This document shows positions 11,534 to 21,646 of a stretch of DNA of 64,000 nt, one piece after another (within the stretch, counting starts at the first letter, position 1; every line of letters begins with the position of its first letter). The position numbers and the translations under genes were made by a program. Source of the stretch: a plasmid; the sequence record CP033547.1; one strand, given 5' to 3'. The notes under the pieces are model-generated. The model searched no databases. It saw only the letters and a list, made by a program, of their open reading frames with translations, and had not been told where the DNA came from.

Positions 11534-11798
11534 CAACTTATTTGATGACTTGGTTGCTTCAATCAAAGAAGCTGGAGCTATCAAACGTAAAGAAGTTAAA
11601 GCAAGCCGAGTTACAGAACTCGAATTGCCTGATATTAAAGAAGTACGTGAAAAAACTGGCTTGAGCCAAAATGAATTTGCTGCACGTCTACATATTAGCC
11701 CCCGTACCCTGCAAAATTGGGAACAGGGACGACGCTATCCAACTGGACCAGCAGCTACATTGATTCGAATTTTAGATGCTCACCCAAGCCTTATTTGA
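11526..11798 (+). CDS. higA: HigA antitoxin (XRE-family HTH)
   Basis: ...KTGLSQNEFAARLHISPRTLQNWEQGRRYPTGPAATLIRIL...; overlaps higB stop. Confidence 0.75.
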   Translation: MDNNLFDDLVASIKEAGAIKRKEVKASRVTELELPDIKEVREKTGLSQNEFAARLHISPRTLQNWEQGRRYPTGPAATLIRILDAHPSLI

Positions 11799-11838
11799 AA
11801 AATTACTTAAAAAATGGGAGCTTAAGGCTCCCATTTTT

Positions 11839-11866
11839 ATTTCGTATAAGGTGTATTATGTTAATT
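11839..11866. other. pdif site (XerC-spacer-XerD): ATTTCGTATAA GGTGTA TTATGTTAATT (perfect consensus)
   Basis: dif-like 11-6-11; preceded by terminator GGGAGCTTAAGGCTCCC. Confidence 0.85.
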
Positions 11867-12290
11867 TTAGAAAATCTTCACTACTATTATTTTAAAATAA
11901 GCCTTATATCCAAGCATAAAACAAGGTTGTCTAGACTTCTTTTAACAGTAAAGTTATCATAAAACTGAATTTTTATTTTTTAGGTAAGTTTATGCATTCT
12001 ATCCGCATTCGTTAAGACACAACTATTTGCATAGTGACACTATTTTATAATGGTGGGCTTTTGTTGTGTCTTTAAGAATATATGCGGATATATAAAGTAA
12101 AAGTATGCTTAATTTATAAGTATGCTTTTAGTGCATAGTTTCCAGTTATAACTTAATTGACTAGCTATTTGTCCACCCTGTGGATGAATAGCTTTTTTTT
12201 GGGAGGACACTGTGATGCTAGCTTTTGTTTTTCACCTAAATCCTGTTTGCTGCATAAAAAATTTCAAGAGCTAAACAGGAGTAAATAAAA

Positions 12291-13765
12291 ATGAGTTTAA
12301 TTATTAAAGCGAGAAACATACGCTTGGATTATGCTGGGCGTGATGTTTTGGATATTGATGAATTGGAAATTCACTCTTATGACCGTATTGGTCTTGTGGG
12401 TGATAACGGAGCAGGAAAGAGTAGTTTACTCAAAGTACTTAATGGCGAAATTGTTTTAGCCGAAGCGACATTACAGCGTTTTGGTGATTTTGCACATATC
12501 AGCCAACTGGGCGGAATCGAAATAGAAACGGTCGAAGACCGGGCAATGTTATCTCGCCTTGGTGTTTCCAATGTACAAAACGACACAATGAGTGGCGGAG
12601 AGGAAACTCGTGCAAAAATTGCTGCCGCATTTTCCCAACAAGTACATGGCATTCTAGCGGATGAACCAACCAGCCACCTTGATCTCAATGGAATAGATCT
12701 ACTTATTGGTCAACTTAAAGCATTTGATGGAGCATTACTTGTTATCAGTCATGACCGATATTTTCTTGATATGGTTGTAGACAAGATATGGGAGTTAAAA
12801 GACGGTAAAATTACGGAATATTGGGGTGGTTACTCGGATTACTTGCGTCAAAAAGAAGAAGAGCGACAACACCAAGCCGTAGAATATGAGCTGATGATGA
12901 AGGAACGGGAGCGATTAGAATCTGCTGTGCAAGAAAAACGCCAGCAAGCTAATCGATTAGACAATAAGAAAAAAGGAGAAAAATCCAAAAACTCTACCGA
13001 AAGTGCTGGACGACTTGGGCATGCAAAAATGACTGGCACCAAGCAAAGAAAACTGTATCAGGCAGCTAAGAGTATGGAAAAGCGTTTGGCTGCATTAGAA
13101 GATATTCAAGCACCAGAGCATTTGCGTTCTATTCGTTTTCGTCAAAGTTCAGCCCTAGAACTGCACAATAAGTTCCCGATTACGGCAGATGGTCTGAGCT
13201 TAAAATTTGGTAGCCGTACTATCTTTGATGACGCTAACTTTATAATACCGCTTGGCGCTAAAGTCGCTATAACTGGATCGAATGGAACAGGGAAAACGTC
13301 CTTGTTAAAAATGATATCAGAACGTGCTGATGGATTAACCATATCTCCAAAAGCTGAAATTGGCTACTTTACACAAACAGGATATAAATTTAACACGCAT
13401 AAATCTGTGCTCTCCTTTATGCAGGAAGAGTGCGAGTACACAGTTGCGGAAATTCGTGCAGTATTGGCTTCAATGGGGATCGGAGCGAATGATATTCAAA
13501 AAACTTATCCGACTTATCGGGAGGTGAAATCATCAAACTGCTTTTATCCAAAATGCTTTTAGGAAAATATAATATTTTGCTTATGGATGAACCATGAAAC
13601 TATCTTGACCTAAAAAGTATTGCCGCATTAGAAACAATGATGAAGTCCTATGCAGGAACTATTATCTTCGTATCTCATGACAAGCAATTGGTCGATAATA
13701 TTGCTGACATTATCTACGAGATCAAAGACCACAAAATCATCAAGACTTTTGAGAGAGATTGTTAA
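12291..13765 (+). pseudogene. msr(E): ABC-F ribosomal protection protein Msr(E) (macrolide resistance), disrupted: 1-bp insertion near 13510 and in-frame TGA at ~13596 in LLMDEP-G motif
   Basis: [50 protein letters not shown]... two ABC domains; C-terminus [38 protein letters not shown]...KTFERDC readable in other frame. Confidence 0.9.
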
Positions 13766-13820
13766 TGATAGCCAATCTAATCCGAACATTAATTATTGAA
13801 CTCTTTAAAGGAAATTAAAA

Positions 13821-14708
13821 ATGACAATTCAAGATATTCAATCACTTGCTGGAAGCACACGGCTTGTTGCTTACGGACAAAATGAATTTCAAATGAAATG
13901 GGCATTGATTTTAAGGTCGTTTTTGCTCTTGATACAAAGGGGCAACAATGGTTGCTGCGTATTCCTCGTCGTGATGGCATGAGGGAACAAATCAAGAAAG
14001 AAAAACGCATTTTAGAATTGGTAAAAAAACATCTTTCTGTAGAGGTTCCTGATTGGAGAATTTCATCTACAGAATTAGTGGCTTATCCCATACTTAAAGA
14101 TAATCCTGTTTTTAAATTTGGATGCTGAAACCTATGAAATAATTTGGAATATGGACAAAGATAGCCCGAAATACATAACATCTTTGGCAAAAACCTTATT
14201 TGAAATCCATAGTATTCCTGAAAAAGAAGTTCGGGAAAATGATTTGAAAATTATGAAACCTTCAGATTTAAGACCTGAAATAGCAAACAATTTGCAGTTA
14301 GTAAAATCTGAAATTGGTATAAGTGAGCAATTGGAAACCCGCTACAGAAAATGGTTGGATAATGATGTTCTATGGGCAGATTTCACCCAATTTATACATG
14401 GCGATTTATATGCTGGGCATGTACTAGCTTCAAAGGATGGAGCTGTTTCAGGCGTTATTGATTGGTCAACAGCCCATATAGATGACCCAGCGATTGATTT
14501 TGCTGGGCATGTAACTTTGTTTGGAGAAGAAAGCCTCAAAACTCTAATCATCGAGTATGAAAAACTAGGGGGTAAAGTTTGGAATAAACTATATGAACAG
14601 ACTTTAGAAAGAGCAGCGGCCTCTCCTTTGATGTATGGTTTATTTGCCTTAGAAACTCAAAATGAAAGCCTTATCGTTGGAGCAAAAGCTCAGTTGGGAG
14701 TTATATAA
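13821..14708 (+). pseudogene. mph(E): Macrolide 2'-phosphotransferase Mph(E), two homopolymer frameshifts (~13885 and ~14108)
   Basis: MTIQDIQSLAGSTRLVAYGQNEF.../...GIDFKVVFALDTKGQQWLLRIPRRDGMREQIKKEKRILELV.../...HGDLYAGHVLASKDGAVSGVIDWSTAHIDDPAIDFAGH... Confidence 0.9.
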
Positions 14709-14819
14709 TTTAAAAATATGATTGCTGAGAACTGCCTTGTTTTGAAACTTGGTTGGCTTTAATTAGTTTTTAGTATTCTTTATAGAAAATGCCTCGATCA
14801 AGGGGCATTTCTAACAATC

Positions 14820-14847
14820 ATTTAACATAAAATTTCTTATGTGAAGT
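14820..14847. other. pdif site (XerD-spacer-XerC): ATTTAACATAA AATTTC TTATGTGAAGT
   Basis: dif-like 11-6-11; closes the 2.95-kb msr(E)-mph(E) dif module (11867-14819). Confidence 0.75.
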
Positions 14848-14853
14848 AACCTG

Positions 14854-16340
14854 TGTAAGCCCAAAATAGAAATGTCCGGTTTCTCCAAAGTAAAAAATGT
14901 CCGCTTTTAGAATATGCGCTTTTGCAATTTCCTTAGCGGACGGTTTGATATGTTGGTGTCTATGTCGGATAAAGAACTTAAACGATTGTCGGTCTTGCAA
15001 GAAATCTGTGATCAACGTATAACTCAATCCCAGGCTGCTCAGCTACTTCATATCTCAGAACGTCACATCAGACGCTTACTGCAGAAATACAAAGCTCAAG
15101 GTCCCGCTGCATTAGCCCATGCCGGTCGTGGCCAAATCAGCAATTCTAAACTTCCTGAAGAACTCAGACTTAAGTGTCTCAATATTGTTTCAGATCAACT
15201 TTATGGTTTCGGACCCACTTTAGCGCATGAAAAGCTCACCACCGTGCATGGATTCGATCTTTCAGTAGAAACCCTGCGTTCCTTGGATGATTGCAGCCGA
15301 TTTATGGATCCCTCGCTGCAAGCGCCTGAAACGACCATATCAGCCTCGTTATAACCGAGATTGTTATGGTGAATTGATCCAAATTGATGGCTCACACCAT
15401 GATTGGTTTGAAGGTCGAGCACCTAAATGCTGTCTGCTAGTATTCATCGATGATGCCACAGGAAAATTGCAGCATTTACGCTTCTGTGCGTCAGAGTCAG
15501 CCTTTGACTATATGATTTCGACACGTTTATATATCGAACAGCATGGTAAGCCATTGGCATTTTACAGTGACAAACATTCAGTTTTTAGGGTGAATCAAAG
15601 TAGCAAGAAAGACACCAAGATTACCCAGTTTGGACGTGTTCTGAGCACTCTCAATATCGATATCATTTTCGCTAACTCCCCTCAAAGCCAAAGGTCGTGT
15701 AGAACGAGCGAATAGAACACTTCCAGGATCGTCTGATTAAGGAGATGCGTCTAGAAGGCATCAGTTCAATTGCAGATGCCAATAAGTGGCTGCCGTGCTT
15801 TATTGAGCAATTTAATCGTAAATTCGCCAAGATGGCTTTTAATTCCAAGGATCTACATCGGCCTATCGCTGAAACAGCCGAAGAATTAGATGATGTTTTT
15901 ACCTGGCGTGAACCCCGCAGGGTCACGAACAGCTTGACGATTACTTATGATAAATGCGTATATATCTTGGAAAACAGCGAAGAAAATCAAAGATTGGGCG
16001 GCAAGTATCTTGAGTTCCTTGGAATATCCGGATGGTACTGTAGCCATTGAATATCAGGGAAGAAAAATCAATTACAGCATCTTTGATAAATTAAGTCAGC
16101 TCAACCAGCGAGAGATCGTTGAGAATAAACGTTTGGGTTCTGTGCTGGCACATATTCAACAACAGCATGAACAACTGGAACACCAAAACAAACGCAATCG
16201 TTCTCAAAAGATGCCACGTAGACAAGCACAGAAAACAGCGATTGAACAACGAAATCTAAATCCTGTGTTTGACTTGGAAATGTCCATATAGGACATTTCT
16301 ATTTGGTTATTAGGTAGGACATTTCTACTTGGGAATAACA
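14854..16340 (+). mobile_element. IS copy B (same ISNCY/IS1202-like element), transposase in 4 fragments (14914..16291); 6 bp (AACCTG) from XerC arm; no TSD detectable
   Basis: Ends TGTAAGCCCAAAATAGAAATGTCC (14854) and GGACATTTCTACTTGGGAATAACA (16340). Confidence 0.8.
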
Positions 16341-16391
16341 ACAGATGCTTTTTAAATTGTGTTATAATTCAGTATGCTAACACCTAGTTTA

Positions 16392-16425
16392 CAGCCCACT
16401 CACCCTCGAGTGGGCTTTTTTTATG
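16392..16425 (+). terminator. Rho-independent terminator hairpin CCCACTCACCCTCGAGTGGGCTTTTTTT
   Basis: Perfect stem CCCACTC/GAGTGGG followed by T7 run. Confidence 0.5.
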
Positions 16426-16726
16426 ATTTTTCACGTTCCACGCCTATTCTTTAATCAATGTTCCACGGTTTTATTTAATGTTGCTGAACAATCAATGGAT
16501 ACCAGTAAAGCCCTTTAGGTCTTCTGTTGCTTCAAATATAAAGTCTCTACGATCAAGGATTAGACAATCTTTATTGTGTCGTCTGACTGATCTTGTGGCT
16601 TTGCTAATATCATGGCAATCCCAAGATTTGGGATAATACTTTATTAAAGAACGGACAATCTTGTTTTTATATTCTGAGGTTTTCTATAATCTTAATTATG
16701 TTACATAATCAAGATTGATAATAAAA

Positions 16727-17290
16727 ATGACGCAAAATAAGCATGGTGGTGCACGCAAAGGTTCTGGCCGTCCTTTTTGTCTATAACGAACCGACCAAGG
16801 TCATTCGGGTGCCAGAGTCTCGTGTATTGGAAATCAAGAAATACCTGAAAAAAAATGACACTCCAAAGTTTAACGATATTTCCTCTATTACATTGCTTGG
16901 AGACAAAAACACATTATGAGATTCCTGTTGCTTTGCAAAAAGTTGCTGCAGGCTTCCCTTCCCCTGCTCAGGACTATATCGATAAGACCCTTGATCTAAA
17001 CGAGTTTCTTATTCAAAACCAACAGGCAACCTTTATCGTTGAAGTGGAATCCTTATCCATGCGTGATGCAGGGATTGATCTGAATGACAAGCTAATCGTT
17101 GACCGTAGTATTGAAGCCAAGCATGGGGATATTGTTCTGGCATTGATAGACAATGATTTTACGATTAAACGTTTAATGATTGAGGGTAATCAATGCTGGT
17201 TGCAGGCGGCTAATCCTGATTTTGCTGATATCTATTTGAAAGATAATCAAACCATGCTGATTTGGGGTGGGGCAAGTATGTACAGGATGC
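16727..17290 (+). pseudogene. umuD: UmuD-like S24 LexA-family peptidase (UmuDAb-like), frameshifted N-terminus
   Basis: MTQNKHGGARKGSGRP... ; ...VAAGFPSPAQDYIDKTLDLNEFLIQNQQATFIVEVESLSMRDAGIDLNDKLIVDRSIEAKHGDIVLALIDNDFTIKRLMIEGN... Confidence 0.7.
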
Positions 17291-17741
17291 GGTCATACGT
17301 TTACGAGCAGACGCTTCCTTATGTGGATGTGTCATTGCTTTTGTGCAATCGAATCCTTTTGATTCAAAGGTTCCCTATTACAGTAAATCGTTGGCTTTTG
17401 AGTTTCCTGAACCGACGGATTGTGTTTTGGATCTGATTAAAACAGCTATGCAACTGCTGGAACACATTTATAAATCTGACGTGAAATATAAAAAGTGTGG
17501 TGTAATTCTGACGGATTTAATTGCTAAGCAGCGCTTTACTCCTGACCTGCTGACGGACCACAGCCAGCGTGAAAGTAATGAAAGCCTCATGCAGACTTTA
17601 GAAGCGGTACAGGCGAGATATGGGAAAACTAAATTAGCTGTTGGCAGCTGCTACTTGCCACAACGAAAGTGGTCCATGAATCGTACCCATTTGACCCAAA
17701 ACTATTTCAGCTGGCAGGGATTATTAAAGATCAGCCATTAA
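17262..17741 (+). pseudogene. umuC: Truncated umuC (C-terminal ~160 aa of Y-family DNA polymerase V), fused directly after umuD
   Basis: ...KYKKCGVILTDLIAKQRFTPDLLTDHSQRESNESLMQTLEAVQARYGKTKLAVGS... aligns to C-terminus of full umuC at 41371..42668. Confidence 0.65.
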
Positions 17742-17994
17742 ATTAATTAGCCTCACCTATTTGGTTTAAGTCAGCTTAATGAAGAACTCGACACATAAGC
17801 CGACACAGGCTTGATCCTCAGTCAACCATTTAACAACGTAAGTATGTTGTTTGGGATCCATGTAACACCTCTCGAGGAAAAGGTGGTTAGTAATAAAACT
17901 CTGCTCAAGCAAATTTATTGGGTTAACTGTCAGTTTTCACCATCTCATGTCCTTTATTTCTAGAACATTCTAGACTTTTCTCGACCTAGAATTT

Positions 17995-18189
17995 TTATTC
18001 TTTAAAGGTGTCATTCAACGCCTGTTGCACAGCATCAATACGTAATTTGCAGGCTTTATAGGCAGTCATGGACTCTTCAACGATCGCCATAAGGTTATCA
18101 ATATCCGGTTCTTCCTGAGATTCAAGAAATTCGGCATTTTTCTTGAGAATTTCATAACCTTTCTTGAAACTTAGTTCTTCATTGTTCAT
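17995..18189 (-). CDS. xseB: Exodeoxyribonuclease VII small subunit
   Basis: MNNEELSFKKGYEILKKNAEFLESQEEPDIDNLMAIVEESMTAYKACKLRIDAVQQALNDTFKE. Confidence 0.8.
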   Translation of the reverse strand: MNNEELSFKKGYEILKKNAEFLESQEEPDIDNLMAIVEESMTAYKACKLRIDAVQQALNDTFKE

Positions 18190-19446
18190 GTGCGTTTACC
18201 TGTGTCACGGTGGCATCAATGGTGCCATCCTTAAGTTCAATCTGTAATTGCTGGTCAGTAATCTGCTGTATGGAACGGATGGCTTTGCCTTGGCTACGGA
18301 CAATTGCATAGCCCTTGGCCATCACATTACGTGGATTCTGTAGCAAGGTTTCCCTCATCAATGACTCTACCTGCTGTGAAGCTAGTTTAATCTGTTGTTG
18401 AGCAAGATACTTAGTATCACTCTTCAGCATATCAACTCTACGTTGGGCTTCATTGATCTGGTTCTGTGTCAGAGTTTTGATAGTTTTCAGATACTGATCA
18501 CTCTGGCTCTGGTAGGTGATCAACTGGTGCTGTGACAGTAGCTTGATGGTCTGCAAAGCAGTACTAACTTCATTGACTCGCTCCACAATCAGGTTACGGA
18601 TCCCTGCGATCACTTTACTCGGAGTATCAAAGGAACGGTGTGCAATTTCATCCAAAATAGTGTGGTCTTTCTCGTGGCCAATACCGACCCAGATAGGCAC
18701 AGTTCTTTTTACACAGCAGTGCGGCCAGATCATAATCATTCAGGTAAGCTAGGTCATTCACGGCTCCACCACCACGGATAATCACAATAAGGTCTGGTGC
18801 TATCAAGTAATCTTGAGCCCACTGTCTTAAGGCACGGCCCAAAACCTGAATGATGCTGGCAGAAGCAGTATTACCCTGAAAAGTTGCTGAATGATAAACG
18901 AAATGGCAGACACCAGCCTGAGCCAGGGCATCCGCATCTTTTTAAAGTCACCTAACCCTGCAGCATTTTCCGGTGCAATGACCAAGACATTCTGAATATC
19001 AAAGGGTACCGGCAACTGTTTATTGTTATTGAGCAGGCCTTCCTCAGTCAGTCGCAGCAGAATCTGCTGATAGCGTTTGGCGATGTCTCCTAGAGTAAAG
19101 CTAGAGTCGATATCTTCGATATTGACCGAGAAGCCATATTGCGGATCAAATCTAGCTTTGACCTTGATCAGTACATTCAGGTCTTTCGACAGTTCAATAC
19201 CACTTTCTCGTTCAAACTTTAGAACTATTTTTGTGCCGTAAATTTCCAAATGGTGCCTTTACAACTAGCGATCACCTTATGGCTTTCTTCATCTTTCTCA
19301 GCCAACTCAAGATAATAGTGACCGCCTTTAATACTTAAATTACGGATCTCAGCCTTGACCCACACTGCCCCATCAAAAGTCAGATGGATGACTTCCTGTA
19401 CAGTGGCAAGGTATTCACTAAGGCTGAGTTGTTGACGTTCTGACAT
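18179..19446 (-). pseudogene. xseA: Exodeoxyribonuclease VII large subunit, split into 4 ORFs by frameshifts
   Basis: N-terminal OB-fold ORF MSERQQLSLSEYLATVQEVIHLTFDGAVWVKAEIRNLSIKGGHYYLELAEKDEES...; catalytic region ...NDLAYLNDYDLAALLCKKNCAYLGRYWPRERPHY...; C-terminal coiled-coil ORF. Confidence 0.75.
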
Positions 19447-19662
19447 GATGTAAAGGATAGCTAAAATATAAGGAGGTGAGATTTAACCTAATATTGATCA
19501 ATTCTACTGCAAATCAGATGAGTTTATTGCAATTTTGAGAAATGTATAAGTTCTTCTTAGACACCTAGAGTGATCATTGAGATTTTTAGTTTAATTATAC
19601 TTTTATATTAAAATAGATATATAATCAATAAAATCATTATATTTTACTATTTTAATAAAATT

Positions 19663-20967
19663 ATGAAGCAATACTGTACACTGCAAATCTACCAAGACTA
19701 TGAATGGCATGACTGTGCTTTGGTTGAGGTTACGGATGATCAAAATGCTGGATGGCAGGCAGCTACACGTACATCATATTTGTTCGAATATGCTATTTCA
19801 TATATGGATCTAAGAGATGGTCATGCGCTTGCTTATGACTTACCAGTGAACGTTCAAAATAGATTGGAATCAACTTGGCCAGCATTTCTTATGGATCTAT
19901 TACCTCAAGGATACGGCCGCAAAGAATTACTAATACAGCTTGATTTTTCTGAGAATGTTCAGGAACAAGCGGACTGGGCGCTTTTAAAAGCAGGCGCAGG
20001 AAATCCAATTGGGAATCTGCGAGTCAAAGAGGCTCATGAGTGGTTACAAAGTCATTTCCCAAAGCTGCAGAATCAGGGATTTAGCCTAAGCCAAATTATT
20101 GAACGTAAAGAGAAGTTTATTGAATCGCTCGCATCTTATGGACTTTTTATTGCTGGTTCATCTGGTATTCAGGGTGAGTGGCCAAAATTGTTGTTAACAC
20201 AAGGTTATGATGATCTTTTCTATCTAGATCATACTCTTCCAGATGATCAAGTTAAGCAGCATTGGTTGGTTAAATTTAGCCGCGGCAGTGATCAAAATTT
20301 GAATAAAATCCTGATGAACGAAGCTTTGTATATGAAAGTCGCTCAGTACTTGCAACTACGTGTACACCGGGATCTTGAGCTACATGGCAAGACTTTGTTT
20401 ATTCCAAGATTTGATCGCAAAGTAATTAATGGCAAAGTTGAAAGAATTGCTCAGGAAAGCCTTGCATCTCTAGGTGGGAAGGCGGGCTTTGGGGTTAGAA
20501 TGACCCATAATCAAATATGTACCCTGCTTATGGAGGCTTGTACCGAACCAAAGCAGGAAGTATTTGAGTATTTGAAGCGTGATCTCGCAAATGTTGCCTT
20601 AGGCAATAAAGATAACCATACTCGCAATACAGCAATCCAACGCTTCAATAATGGTAAAATTCAGCTCACACCATTATTTGATTTTGCGCCAATGTGGTTA
20701 CATCCTGATGGTATTGCACGTACTACTCGTTGGGAAAGAGATGATCATGGTGGTATGCCACTTTTGAGTTCTGTGATTGAGCAGATAGCTGAAAGCACTT
20801 CGATTGGTCCACAAGAAATTAAAACTTTATTAATTGAACAGTTACCAATTTATCGGGGATTGTTAGAAAAGATGCAGGCTCTTCAAGTAGCGGATGAAAT
20901 TCTGGAAAATAGCCAATATCGAATAATCAATATTTGCCAGCAGTTGGAGGAGATCAGCCATGGATAA
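19663..20967 (+). CDS. HipA-like Ser/Thr kinase toxin (HipA_N + HipA_C)
   Basis: 434 aa; ...DLLPQGYGRKELL..., ...ALGNKDNHTRNTAIQRFNNGKIQLTPLFDFAPM... (HipA catalytic-loop-like). Confidence 0.65.
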   Translation: MKQYCTLQIYQDYEWHDCALVEVTDDQNAGWQAATRTSYLFEYAISYMDLRDGHALAYDLPVNVQNRLESTWPAFLMDLLPQGYGRKELLIQLDFSENVQEQADWALLKAGAGNPIGNLRVKEAHEWLQSHFPKLQNQGFSLSQIIERKEKFIESLASYGLFIAGSSGIQGEWPKLLLTQGYDDLFYLDHTLPDDQVKQHWLVKFSRGSDQNLNKILMNEALYMKVAQYLQLRVHRDLELHGKTLFIPRFDRKVINGKVERIAQESLASLGGKAGFGVRMTHNQICTLLMEACTEPKQEVFEYLKRDLANVALGNKDNHTRNTAIQRFNNGKIQLTPLFDFAPMWLHPDGIARTTRWERDDHGGMPLLSSVIEQIAESTSIGPQEIKTLLIEQLPIYRGLLEKMQALQVADEILENSQYRIINICQQLEEISHG

Positions 20968-21237
20968 ACGTTTTAAACCATTGACCCCTATTCAACAAAT
21001 GGAAAAAAGACTATCTGTGCTTGAAACCATCAATAATCATCCAGACTGGTCTTTTTATCAAGTTGCTCGATTTATTCGAACAGAGCTACATTTAACACTG
21101 AATGATATGGCTAAAATTACTAAGATTGCGCCACAGACACTGCAAAAATGGAGCAACCAGGGAGCAATCCTACTTTGAAATCCATGCAGAAATTACTCGA
21201 TACTTTCGGTTTACAATTACAAATAAAAGTTAAATGA
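20960..21237 (+). pseudogene. Small HTH DNA-binding protein (putative HipB-like partner) overlapping hipA-like stop; frameshift near 21165
   Basis: MDKRFKPLTPIQQMEKRLSVLETINNHPDWSFYQVARFIRTELHLTLNDMAKITKIAPQTLQKWSNQG... then ...PTLKSMQKLLDTFGLQLQIKVK in +1 frame. Confidence 0.5.
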
Positions 21238-21331
21238 TTTTTAATTCTGAGCCATCGGTTTTTCTAAAATCTTATCCGTTTAAGGATACAAAGAGGAAAT
21301 AAACAGGCTCTAGGTTGTTTTATGATTATTT

Positions 21332-21553
21332 TTAGACAAACGACTCCAAAACCTTATGTAGCAAGGGTTTTGTCTCTACAGTAATTAATTTATTTTTGAA
21401 AAAATGGAGTAGAGTGTTTGAAATATGAATAATCGAATTCCGAGTTTCTGTAAGCACAGCAATTTCATCTGCATGTGCTTTATATTCATCTATATTTTCG
21501 AGTAATTCATCCTCTGAGAATGGGAGTTTTTTTTGATTTTCAGTGTCGTTCAT
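21332..21553 (-). CDS. Hypothetical protein (73 aa)
   Basis: ORF only. Confidence 0.25.
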   Translation of the reverse strand: MNDTENQKKLPFSEDELLENIDEYKAHADEIAVLTETRNSIIHISNTLLHFFKNKLITVETKPLLHKVLESFV

Positions 21554-21646
21554 AGAGTCATATCCTGAGAAGTTATTTAGATCATCATAAACCAGACATT
21601 TTTAATGGTGAGAATACAGACACTTTAAATGGTTTCTAACAAGATT

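Noticed and set aside
12377-13342. Three minus-strand ORFs (64-103 aa) inside msr(E)
   Set aside because: Antisense shadow ORFs within a well-supported gene
16430-16480. Two TTCCACG(G) motifs suggestive of iterons
   Set aside because: Only two copies, with no adjacent rep gene
16683-16706. Palindromic TTAATTATGTTACATAATCAAG resembling a dif half-site
   Set aside because: No proper 11-6-11 XerC/XerD architecture; more likely promoter or operator sequence upstream of umuD
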